The position numbers and the translations under genes were made by a program. A stretch of 64,000 bases of DNA. It comes from Nitrosopumilus sp. (GTDB taxonomy: Archaea > Thermoproteota > Nitrososphaeria > Nitrososphaerales > Nitrosopumilaceae). The stretch is taken from assembly GCA_965207075.1 (NCBI GenBank), contig CBDBLO010000002.1:448001-512000 (forward strand), written 5' to 3'. The notes under the pieces are model-generated. The model was given only the letters and a program-made list of their open reading frames with translations. It was not told the origin of the DNA and did no database searches. This document shows, in pieces, positions 10,001 to 18,916 of this stretch. Numbering within the stretch: position 1 is the stretch's first letter; every line of letters starts with the position of its first letter.

Positions 10001-11179
10001 GTGACGACAACGACGGCGACATCGACTAAATCGGGCGCCGCGGCCCCGAGAAAGAGGAGGGTGCTCGGGCTTGGCATCGAGAGCACCGCCCATACGTTCT
10101 CGTGCGCCATAATGGAGAAGACCGGGTATGACAGGGGCCGGATACTCTCCGACGTGCGCCACGTATACAGGCCCGACGACGGGGAGGGAATACACCCGAG
10201 GGAGGCCTCGCGCCACCACGTGGAGTATGCCCCAGAGGTGCTCGCCCAGTGCCTCGAGGAGTCCAAGACGTCGGTTGCCGATATCGACCTGATATCGTAC
10301 GCGGCGGGGCCCGGGCTGGGCCCCTGCCTGCGCGTGGGTGCCGTGGTGGCACGGTCGCTTGCGTCGTTTCACGGCATTCCGATCTATCCTGTGAACCATG
10401 CCATAGGGCACATCGAGCTTGGCAAGCTGCTTACGGGCGCAAGGAATCCGTTGGTGCTGCTCGTGTCGGGGGGGCACACCATGCTGCTGGCGTTTCTGGA
10501 CAGGCAGTGGCGCGTGTTTGGCGAGACGCTTGACATTACCCTGGGGCAGCTGCTTGACCAGTTCGGGCGGGCGCTGGGGCTTGCGTCCCCCTGCGGCAGG
10601 GTTATCGAGGAGATGGCGCAACAGGACCGGCAGCCCGGCGCTTCGTCTGCAAGCCGTGGTAACGGCACCGGTGATAATTATGGCGACGGCGGCGGCAGCA
10701 GCGGCAGCGGCAAGGGTACGCGACGCACCGCCCGTCGCCGGCAACAACAACAGACGCCACCGCGATACGTGCCGCTCCCCTACACCGTAAAGGGGAACGA
10801 CGTTTCCTTCTCGGGGCTGCTGTCGGCCGCAAAGTCGGCCGCAAAATCCGACAAGTACTCGGCGTGCTTTTCGCTGCAGGAGACCGCGTTTGCGATGATC
10901 GGCGAGGCCGTCGAGCGCGCCCTCTCGTTTACGGGCAAGCGCGAACTGATGGTCGTGGGGGGCGTCGCTGCAAACAAGCGGCTGTCGGCCATGCTGTCCG
11001 ACGTCTGCAGGCGCCACTCGTGCAGGTTCTTCGTGGTGCCGCTGAAATACGCCGGCGACTGCGGCAGCCAGATCTGCTGGACCGGGCTGATGGAGTCAAA
11101 CGTAAAGCGGGGCGCCGCAATGTCCGACACATTTGTCACCCAGTCCTGGCGCCTTGACACGGTGCGGGTCGAGTACTGA
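10001..11179 (+). CDS. kae1: KEOPS tRNA threonylcarbamoyltransferase Kae1
   Basis: LGIESTAH, GPGLGPCL, VNHAIGHIE, VSGGHT and GGVAAN; carries a ~40-aa G/S/R-rich insertion. Confidence 0.92.
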   Translation: MTTTTATSTKSGAAAPRKRRVLGLGIESTAHTFSCAIMEKTGYDRGRILSDVRHVYRPDDGEGIHPREASRHHVEYAPEVLAQCLEESKTSVADIDLISYAAGPGLGPCLRVGAVVARSLASFHGIPIYPVNHAIGHIELGKLLTGARNPLVLLVSGGHTMLLAFLDRQWRVFGETLDITLGQLLDQFGRALGLASPCGRVIEEMAQQDRQPGASSASRGNGTGDNYGDGGGSSGSGKGTRRTARRRQQQQTPPRYVPLPYTVKGNDVSFSGLLSAAKSAAKSDKYSACFSLQETAFAMIGEAVERALSFTGKRELMVVGGVAANKRLSAMLSDVCRRHSCRFFVVPLKYAGDCGSQICWTGLMESNVKRGAAMSDTFVTQSWRLDTVRVEY

Positions 11180-11515
11180 CTATCCCTGCCGGCTGCCGGT
11201 GTCGTCCTCGACTGCCTCGCTTATCGCGTCCCTCCAGCTTCCGGGGCTGAACACGCCGAACTTGTAGGTGTCCTCGCCCTCCGCGGTCCTCGCCGTAAAG
11301 CAGACCTTCTTCATGAGCAGCCCTTCCTTCCACGTCTTGGTGACGCTCCTGAGTGGGACGTCAAGCACGGTGTCCCCCACGTTCTTGCTAAAGTCCATTA
11401 TGCGGGCCCTGGTCTTGTCAAACGCGATGCGCCTGTTTGTCAGGGTCAGTATGCCCGGCCCCAGCCCGTCCTCGCTGCAGTCCTCCTGCCTTATCCTCTT
11501 CTCCCCGTCCTCCAT
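11180..11515 (-). CDS. Hypothetical protein, possible PH-like fold
   Basis: GILTLTNRRIAF...VLDVPL...WRDAI pattern; lies antisense between kae1 and bud32. Confidence 0.7.
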   Translation of the reverse strand: MEDGEKRIRQEDCSEDGLGPGILTLTNRRIAFDKTRARIMDFSKNVGDTVLDVPLRSVTKTWKEGLLMKKVCFTARTAEGEDTYKFGVFSPGSWRDAISEAVEDDTGSRQG

Positions 11516-11577
11516 GTTCCGACTTTGGATCATTATGGTTATAATGATAGCTGACGCAACACGCCGTGACTGTTGCG

Positions 11578-12204
11578 ATGAAGCTGGTAAAGAAAGGGGC
11601 CGAGGCCGACATATATCGCGGCTCGTGGAACGGAAGGGCCGCAATACTCAAGGTCAGAAAGCCAAAGGGCTACCGCGTCCCGCAGCTGGACGCGCGCATA
11701 AGGCGCCAGCGCACCTCGCGCGAGTCGCAGATGCTGTCACACGCGCGCTCCCTCGGCGTGACCACCCCGCTCGTATACCTGGTGGACACCGCGAATTATG
11801 CCATTATAATGCAGGACGTCCCGGGCTCCGTGGTGCAGGGCCTGCCGGACGACGACATAGTGGGGCTGTCGGCCCGCATGGGCCGCATGGTCGGAACCCT
11901 GCACAGGAGCGGCATAATGCACGGGGATCTGACCACGTCGAACTTTGTGTACGACGGCGGGCGCGACGCGCTGTACATGATAGACTTTGGGCTCTCGCAG
12001 AGCACCTCCAAGCCGGAGGATCACGCCGTCGACATGCGGCTCATAAAGGAGATCCTCAACAGCGCGCACGCGCGGATAATGGCCGAGTCCTGGAAGAGGC
12101 TCTTGCAGGGGTATGCGCGGGCAGTCGGATACGAGAGGCGCGCAAAGATAGTGCGGCTCGTCTCGGTTATAGAGGGGCGCGGACGGTATGCGACGGTCGT
12201 CTGA
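11578..12204 (+). CDS. bud32: KEOPS kinase Bud32
   Basis: KGAEA, HGDLTTSN, IDFGL and RGRY motifs. Confidence 0.92.
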   Translation: MKLVKKGAEADIYRGSWNGRAAILKVRKPKGYRVPQLDARIRRQRTSRESQMLSHARSLGVTTPLVYLVDTANYAIIMQDVPGSVVQGLPDDDIVGLSARMGRMVGTLHRSGIMHGDLTTSNFVYDGGRDALYMIDFGLSQSTSKPEDHAVDMRLIKEILNSAHARIMAESWKRLLQGYARAVGYERRAKIVRLVSVIEGRGRYATVV

Positions 12205-12754
12205 CGATGTAGTGCGGTTTGTGTCATCAAACCGCCACAAGTACGAGGAGGCGCTGCCGGTGCTGAGGGGCCTCGGCGTGCGGGTCGAGTACGAGTGCGC
12301 CCGCCTGCGGGAGGTCCAGTCCGACGAGCTCGCCGTGATAGCGCGGGCAAAGGCGCGGGACGCGTACAGCAGGCTTGGCAGGCCCGTGATCGTGGAGGAT
12401 GACGGGCTGTTCATCGAGGCACTGGGTGGCTTCCCCGGGGCGTACTCGTCACATGCACTGCGCACGATCGGGATCGCGGGCGTCCTGAGGCTGCTTGAGG
12501 GCAGCGGCGACAGGCGCGCCACGTTCTCTGCCGCCATAGCGTACGACGACGGCCCGGAGCGCCGCACGTTTGAGGCCTCGGTGCGCGGGGTGATCTCCGA
12601 GGTATCGCGGGGTGAAAAGAGCTGGGGGTACGACCCCGTGTTCGTGCCGGACGGCCAGGACAAGACGTTTGCGGAGATGGGACCTGACCAAAAGATCGGG
12701 GCCTCGCACCGGACCGGTGCGCTAAAGGCGTTTGCAGAATGGTACGCGGGTTAG
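12188..12754 (+). CDS. rdgB: Non-canonical purine NTP pyrophosphatase (RdgB/HAM1)
   Basis: SSN.HK, EDDGL, GFPG.YS, GYDPVF and SHR motifs. Confidence 0.9.
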   Translation: MRRSSDDVVRFVSSNRHKYEEALPVLRGLGVRVEYECARLREVQSDELAVIARAKARDAYSRLGRPVIVEDDGLFIEALGGFPGAYSSHALRTIGIAGVLRLLEGSGDRRATFSAAIAYDDGPERRTFEASVRGVISEVSRGEKSWGYDPVFVPDGQDKTFAEMGPDQKIGASHRTGALKAFAEWYAG

Positions 12755-12810
12755 CCGCCTGGCCGGCGGCCCCAGGCCCGCCAAGTCCCCGAGCCGAGCC
12801 AAGCGCAAAT

Positions 12811-12993
12811 ATGCCAACCCGAGAAGCACCCCCTGTGGACAGACGTTCAAAAAATTCTCTCGTCGGCTGGCTTCTCATCCTTGCGTTCATACCCGCCCAG
12901 ATGCTCATCCCCTTCCCCTATGCCCCCGTGGTCGGTGTAGGGTGCGTAGCGGGCGGTGTGGTATTCCTTCTTAGACGCCGCAGATTGACCTAA
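12811..12993 (+). CDS. Small membrane protein (2 TM)
   Basis: Two hydrophobic segments and a basic C-terminus; no family recognised. Confidence 0.4.
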   Translation: MPTREAPPVDRRSKNSLVGWLLILAFIPAQMLIPFPYAPVVGVGCVAGGVVFLLRRRRLT

Positions 12994-13287
12994 CGCCCAA
13001 TGTCTACAGATAGACTCGGGTTCGCAAATATACACATTCGGGGAGAACATCCGGGGACATGTGTATTTTTACCAAGGCTGCCACTGTTTTTGGCATGTTG
13101 ATTGCAATCGATCATGTGACTTGTGGTTACTACACATGTATTCACATCCGGCCCCAAAGTATCAGTTGAAAAACATGATGATGATGATGGTGATGGCCCG
13201 GTACAACTCGCACACACTGTGAATAGGGCAGGATGCCAAATCCTTGAGCTGTATCCTGCCAAGCTCCGCCGGCACGTCCGCGCCCGC

Positions 13288-14322
13288 TTACTGCGCGTAC
13301 GCCTCGATGTACCTGTCGATCTTCCGCCTGCCGTTCTGCAGCACGACAATCCTTGATATCTCGCTCTCGTCCATCACAAAGAACGAGTCGCTGCGGCGCG
13401 CCACACCCTCTGCGAACTTCCTTACCTCGCCCATCTCCAGCATGTCGTCGCGCTCGAGCCTGTTTCTGGAGCGCCCGATGTGCATGTAGGACTTTATCTC
13501 CACAAAGTGCGGGCTTGACTCGTCAAGCATTCTTGCAAAGGCCGGCACCATGTCGTTGCCGTCGTTGTATCCCCTGATCAGCGTTATGCGCAGGACGGTC
13601 CTGGTCGGCAGCTCCCTCAGCATGGACAGGGTCTCGTTCCACCGCTCCCAAGAGTCCTCGTACCTGGGCCTGTTTATCTCCATGAACGAGTCGCGGTCGG
13701 CCGCGTTCGTGGACAGGTACAGCTGCGTGGGAAGCGTATCGGGCTCCTCCTTCATGCGCCTTATCATCTGCGGCTCCTGCCCGTTGGTCACCAGGAATAC
13801 TGACTTTGTGGCCCCGAGCGTGTACAGGTACCGTATCAGCTCCGGCAGCTTTGGGTACATCGTGGGCTCCCCGGACAGCGATATCGCGTAGTGGGCCGGG
13901 AGGAGCGATTCGTCGAGCCTCTTTTTGTCGTTTCGGGGATCGCCATAGTATCCGTTTATCAGCCGCTTCCTCTCCGCCATCAGGCTTGACAGTATGTCCT
14001 CTGGCTCTGCCACCTGCCCGGGCTCCATGTTAAGCGACTCGTAAAACTCCATGGGGCGCCAGCAGTATATGCAGCGGTTCTCGCAGTGCATGCCGGCCGG
14101 CGAGAACTCCATGCACCTGTGCGTGCTGATGCCGTAGAACTTGTGCTTGTAGCAGCTTCCCTCGCCCCTGAACGCCTTTTTCGTCCAGTGACATAGCTCG
14201 ACTGTCGAGTGGTCCGAGACGCCGTACTTTGCCTTCTTGAGCTGCTCTGCAACGGCGGGCCTTATCTGGATCAGGTCCGCCCCTTCCTCCTCCCTCTCTA
14301 CTATCTCTCCTGAACAGCTCAT
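13288..14322 (-). CDS. taw1: 4-demethylwyosine synthase (radical SAM)
   Basis: CHWTK, CYKHKFYGI.THRC, CENRCIYCWR and SLSGEPT motifs. Confidence 0.92.
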   Translation of the reverse strand: MSCSGEIVEREEEGADLIQIRPAVAEQLKKAKYGVSDHSTVELCHWTKKAFRGEGSCYKHKFYGISTHRCMEFSPAGMHCENRCIYCWRPMEFYESLNMEPGQVAEPEDILSSLMAERKRLINGYYGDPRNDKKRLDESLLPAHYAISLSGEPTMYPKLPELIRYLYTLGATKSVFLVTNGQEPQMIRRMKEEPDTLPTQLYLSTNAADRDSFMEINRPRYEDSWERWNETLSMLRELPTRTVLRITLIRGYNDGNDMVPAFARMLDESSPHFVEIKSYMHIGRSRNRLERDDMLEMGEVRKFAEGVARRSDSFFVMDESEISRIVVLQNGRRKIDRYIEAYAQ

Positions 14323-14555
14323 GCTGTGGCGTATGTCCGCTTTCTTATAATTATCGCGTGGCGCGCGTCGCTAGCGTACATTCTGGCACAGACGGGCGCC
14401 CCCCCCAGCTGCTGCCGCAAGCACTTCCCCCGGCCTTGGATTGTGGCCGCACCCACTTCACCCGTCACGCCCCTGTCCCCGATGTTCGTGGCCGTCCTGG
14501 CGCGCACGAAACGCGCCGCTGTATTTTAAAAACAAGAGGTATCGTTCCGGCCTGC

Positions 14556-15688
14556 TGTGGTATCCAAAAAGTAGTTCCCCCCTCCCTATCTGGCATCGTA
14601 CTCCTCACCCGTCTGCTCATCTATGATCCTTTCCCCCTTGGGAGCCATCTTTCTCTCAAACGCCTCTGCAGGAGTCTCGTCGTCATTCAGTGACATGTGC
14701 GTCCGGCGGTAGTTGTACCACTGCATGAACAGGTCCATCGGATCGCTCTTCCTCATCATTATGGCCTCAAACTCGTGCAGCTTGCGCTGTATTTCTCCGT
14801 GCAGGCGCTCTATCTTGCCGTTGGTCTGCGGGTGCCCCACGCCCGCGAGTATCTGGCGTATGCCGAGCTCGACCAGTCTCTTCTCGAACCCGCTCTCGCC
14901 GCGCGCCTTGGCCTCTTTCTCGTTTGCGTAGAACTGCACACCGTGATCCGTCATGATCGACGCCGGCCTGCCGTGGTTCTTGATGGCCTCGTCAAGCACT
15001 CTGAGGGCGTTCTCGGTGGTGGCGTTGTCGAAGATTCCATATCCCGTCACGAACCTGGACGCGTCGTCCTCGTAGCACAGGAACCAGCGGCCGTCGTGCA
15101 TTCCGCCGTGGATCTGCTTCCAGTCCGTGTGCCACAGCGAGTTTGAGTGCGTGCGCTCGTATCTGACCCATCTGCGCCTCTTTCTCTTCTTGCCCGGCTC
15201 CTCCCGGGCAAGGTTCTCCTCCACCATTACCCTGTGTATGACGCCCAGTGGGATATTAAGACCGCACTGTTTCCGGATCTTTTCTCGCAGCAGGGATGCG
15301 CTCACGTGCTCGCCGCCGCGCGCGTTCAGTACCGCCGCGTGCTCCCTGCGGCCGTACATGCTGGCAACGCGCCTGCCCATCCGGGGCGGATGAACCACGT
15401 CCTTCACCCGCTTGTGCTTGTACCTGGACCAGAGTTTCTTCACCCATCGCGCGGAGACCTTCATGGATTCGGCTATCTGAGCGTTGGTGAGTTCACCCTT
15501 GTGCTTCTCTTGCAGTATCCATCGTACCTGCTTTGTGTCGAGCCTCACTCTGTCTGGGTTCTCACGGCTTACGTATTTACGCCGCCGCCTGCTCCAGACC
15601 CACACACCCACATTTCCACTGCGCATGTTGACACACAGCCTGCCTAGGCTCCGGGACAGGGGGTGAACGACTTTTTGTATAACAGACA
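14556..15688 (-). mobile_element. Intact IS481-family element (~1.13 kb) with TGT...ACA ends and a 14-15 bp target-site duplication
   Basis: Ends TGTGGTATCCAAAAAGTAGTTCCCC and (reverse complement) TGTCTGTTATACAAAAAGTCGTTCACCCC; TCGTTCCGGCCTGC repeated at 14542-14555 and 15689-15702. Confidence 0.88.
14586..15626 (-). CDS. IS481-family DDE transposase
   Basis: N-terminal HTH, WHTDW, DDASR, TDHG and HPQTNGKIER; the start must lie inside the element (the ORF-track start at 15911 is outside it). Confidence 0.92.
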   Translation of the reverse strand: MRSGNVGVWVWSRRRRKYVSRENPDRVRLDTKQVRWILQEKHKGELTNAQIAESMKVSARWVKKLWSRYKHKRVKDVVHPPRMGRRVASMYGRREHAAVLNARGGEHVSASLLREKIRKQCGLNIPLGVIHRVMVEENLAREEPGKKRKRRRWVRYERTHSNSLWHTDWKQIHGGMHDGRWFLCYEDDASRFVTGYGIFDNATTENALRVLDEAIKNHGRPASIMTDHGVQFYANEKEAKARGESGFEKRLVELGIRQILAGVGHPQTNGKIERLHGEIQRKLHEFEAIMMRKSDPMDLFMQWYNYRRTHMSLNDDETPAEAFERKMAPKGERIIDEQTGEEYDAR

Positions 15689-16435
15689 TCGTTCCGGCCT
15701 GCGCTAACCTTTGCCGTGTTCTTGCGACTGCCCATTTTTTTCGCGCGCCCCCTGTCCAACTTGGCGCGACAGTAGGCCGTGCCGGCTCGTACCCGCGCGT
15801 TTGGGCCCCTTGACCGCTGTCTTGCTTTCTCCATATGTGCGAGCTACGCCCGCGCCCGTCACTTACGCAGCGGGCTTGCTTCCTAATACAAGCGGCCCGG
15901 GATTTTTCCAAAGCACCGCATGCACGTGAATCATCCTCGCGCCCTTCGTGGCGTCTGCCGGACTTGCCGCATGCGTGCGCCCTGGGCCTCTCCTGCTAGC
16001 TTGCCCGCCTCCTTCTCTCCCTCCCCCTCCCCCCCGCATCCTCCAGCTTGCCTGCCCTAGGGGGCCCGCCGACCCAGCCGACGGCTTTGGGCACCGACTT
16101 TCCTCCCCCGATGCCAGAGCCGGGTCCTCGTATCTGGGATTCGGACGCCTCCTCACCCCAGCAGAGGCGTGCTCATGGAGCCCAGGGCCGCCACTGACAG
16201 GTCATGCGCAGGGATCAGGCGGGTGCACAAGGGGGCAAAACGGGGGATCAGCCCAAGCAATCGCATGCGGCACTGCCATCTGATGCCACATCCTGCCGTC
16301 CGGATGCCTCCGCGCGCTCCATGCGTATGGGTGGCGGCAGGAGCGATCGCAAAATCCGATCTTCTGCCCGCCGGACGCCAGTGGGCCAAACGACCTGATA
16401 TGAGAAGATTTTAGAGAAGTTTAATAAATAGATCA

Positions 16436-18901
16436 TTGAAACGTCTCTTGTATTTGAAACAAAAGATGGCGCTTCCTTTCATGTTCCTACTTGTAGCTAT
16501 TCTCACCAGCGTCCCGTTTGCCTCCCAGACCTTTGCAGATCCCGATCCAGACAGGGACGGCATAATGGAGGACGAGGATCTGTGTCCCAACCTGATGGAG
16601 GACTACGAGGGCGCCTTGGACGGCTGCCCGTCCAGCTTTGTGCCCTGGTATGACGAGGACGAGGACGGCATAGAGGATCACCTCGACCAGTGCCCCGCCC
16701 TAAGGGAGCAACACAACGGCTTTGAGGACGAGGACGGCTGCCCCGACACGGCTCCCGGAAGCGGGACGGGCGGACTGCCCGACTCGGACTCGGACTCTTT
16801 CTCTGATCTGGTCGACCTGTGCCCCAGCCAGCCGGAGACGTTCAACGGCTATCTTGACCTAGACGGCTGCCCCGACTCGCCAAGCGACGGGGACAGGGAC
16901 GGCGACGGCATTGCAGACAGCCTGGATTCGTGTCCGATCGCCCCGGAGACCTACAACCGGTACCAGGATACGGACGGCTGCCCCGACACACCGGGCGATC
17001 CGTCGTTTGTCGACACCGACGGCGACGGTGTCCAGGACAAGGTTGATCAGTGCATGACGGAGCCTGAGACCATAAACGGGTACCGCGATCTGGACGGCTG
17101 CCCCGACGTCACGCCCGCCTCTGACACGACGGACACCGACGGCGACGGGATTGCGGATAGATACGACATATGCCCGACTGACCTTGAGACGTTCAACCAG
17201 TTTGCCGACTTTGACGGCTGCCCCGACTCTCCCCCTAACCTTGACAGCGCGCCAGGCGATGCCGACGGCGACAGGGTGCCCGACCACGAGGACCTGTGCC
17301 CGCTTATTCCAGAGCGGTACAACGGATTTGAGGACGACGACGGCTGCCCGGACATTCCGCCGTATACGACTGACGCCGACTCGGATCGTGACGCGATTCC
17401 CGACAGCGTGGACCAGTGCCCCCAGGCCATGGAGACCTACAACCGGTACCAGGACGACGACGGCTGCCCGGACACGGTCGGCTCTATCACGCATGTTCCG
17501 GATTCTGACATGGACGGCATATCCGACTACAAGGACCTGTGCCCCAACCAGCCGGAGACCATGAACGGCTATCTTGACCTAGACGGCTGCCCCGATAGTG
17601 TCTACGTGCCTGACCGCGACCTGGACGGCATTCCAGACTCTGCGGACGAGTGCCCCCTTGCACAAGAGACGTGGAACAGGGTGAGCGATGACGACGGCTG
17701 CCCCGACTCCAACCCGGCTACGATTATCCGCGACGCGGACGGGGACGGCATATCTGACTTTGTCGACCAGTGCCCGATAGCGGCCGAGATTGTAAACGGA
17801 TACCTTGACACGGACGGCTGCCCCGACGAGTTTGTGTCTGATATGGACAGCGACGGGGTGAGGGACGGGATGGACATGTGCCCCACCGAGCCGGAGACCT
17901 GGAACCACTACTTTGACTATGACGGCTGCCCCGACGACAGCACCTTGGAGGCCGATACCGACTTTGACGGAATACTGGACGTGGACGACCAGTGCCAGCT
18001 TGCCAGGGAGACGTACAACGGCTTTGAGGACTCCGACGGCTGCCCCGACTATCCGGGCTTTGACGCCTCGCTTGACACCGACTCAGACGGCATACCTGAC
18101 GGAGCGGACGTCTGCCCGGCGGCGCCGGAGACTTACAACTTCTTCGTAGACTCCGACGGCTGCCCGGACACGGTTCCAAGCAACAAGGGACAGCCGGACT
18201 CTGATATGGACGGAATATCCGATTATCGCGACCTGTGCCCCAACCAGCCGGAGACCATGAACGGCGTGCTTGACATGGACGGCTGCCCCGACGACTACCA
18301 GCCGCTCATGGACAGGGACACTGACGGCATACCCGACGAGTCGGACATGTGCCCGATTGCGCCGGAATCCTACAACGGCTTTGAGGACGACGATGGCTGC
18401 CCCGACACGCCGGGCACCACCAACGGTGCGATACCCGACTCCGACGGCGACGGCATCAACAACGTGAGCGATGAGTGCCCCTCGATGCCGGAGACCTTTA
18501 ACGGACTGGACGATGACGACGGCTGCCCCGACTCTAATGAGACCATGCCAGACGGCGACGGCGACGGGGTCCCGGACAACATGGACGTCTGCCCGGACCT
18601 CTCTGAGACGTGGAACCGGTACGTGGACTATGACGGCTGCCCGGACTCGATACCGTTCGCGACGCCGCAGGTGGACTCTGACGGCGACGGGTTTGCCGAC
18701 AGCGTGGACCAGTGTACGGACCTCGCGGAGACGTGGAACAAGTACAAGGACGACGACGGCTGCCCCGACTCGATACCGGAGCAGTCCAGATACAAGCATG
18801 ACAGCGACCTTGATGGAATCATAAACAGTGCGGACGTCTGCCCGAACGAGCCGGAGGACTTTGACGGCGACCTTGACACGGACGGCTGCCCTGATCCGTA
18901 G
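16436..18901 (+). CDS. Secreted thrombospondin type 3 (Ca-binding) repeat protein, paralog 1
   Basis: Signal peptide, then ~20 DxDxDGxxDxxDxCP..E.N...D.DGCPD units. Confidence 0.9.
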   Translation: MKRLLYLKQKMALPFMFLLVAILTSVPFASQTFADPDPDRDGIMEDEDLCPNLMEDYEGALDGCPSSFVPWYDEDEDGIEDHLDQCPALREQHNGFEDEDGCPDTAPGSGTGGLPDSDSDSFSDLVDLCPSQPETFNGYLDLDGCPDSPSDGDRDGDGIADSLDSCPIAPETYNRYQDTDGCPDTPGDPSFVDTDGDGVQDKVDQCMTEPETINGYRDLDGCPDVTPASDTTDTDGDGIADRYDICPTDLETFNQFADFDGCPDSPPNLDSAPGDADGDRVPDHEDLCPLIPERYNGFEDDDGCPDIPPYTTDADSDRDAIPDSVDQCPQAMETYNRYQDDDGCPDTVGSITHVPDSDMDGISDYKDLCPNQPETMNGYLDLDGCPDSVYVPDRDLDGIPDSADECPLAQETWNRVSDDDGCPDSNPATIIRDADGDGISDFVDQCPIAAEIVNGYLDTDGCPDEFVSDMDSDGVRDGMDMCPTEPETWNHYFDYDGCPDDSTLEADTDFDGILDVDDQCQLARETYNGFEDSDGCPDYPGFDASLDTDSDGIPDGADVCPAAPETYNFFVDSDGCPDTVPSNKGQPDSDMDGISDYRDLCPNQPETMNGVLDMDGCPDDYQPLMDRDTDGIPDESDMCPIAPESYNGFEDDDGCPDTPGTTNGAIPDSDGDGINNVSDECPSMPETFNGLDDDDGCPDSNETMPDGDGDGVPDNMDVCPDLSETWNRYVDYDGCPDSIPFATPQVDSDGDGFADSVDQCTDLAETWNKYKDDDGCPDSIPEQSRYKHDSDLDGIINSADVCPNEPEDFDGDLDTDGCPDP

Positions 18902-18916
18902 CCCCATGATATTGCG

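Noticed and set aside
15689-15911. N-terminal extension of the transposase ORF
   Set aside because: It lies outside the IS terminal repeat; a chance open frame.
15900-16200. GAGGAAAGTC on the minus strand (16096-16105) as RNase P RNA
   Set aside because: The complementary 3' conserved block and the other universal motifs were not found.
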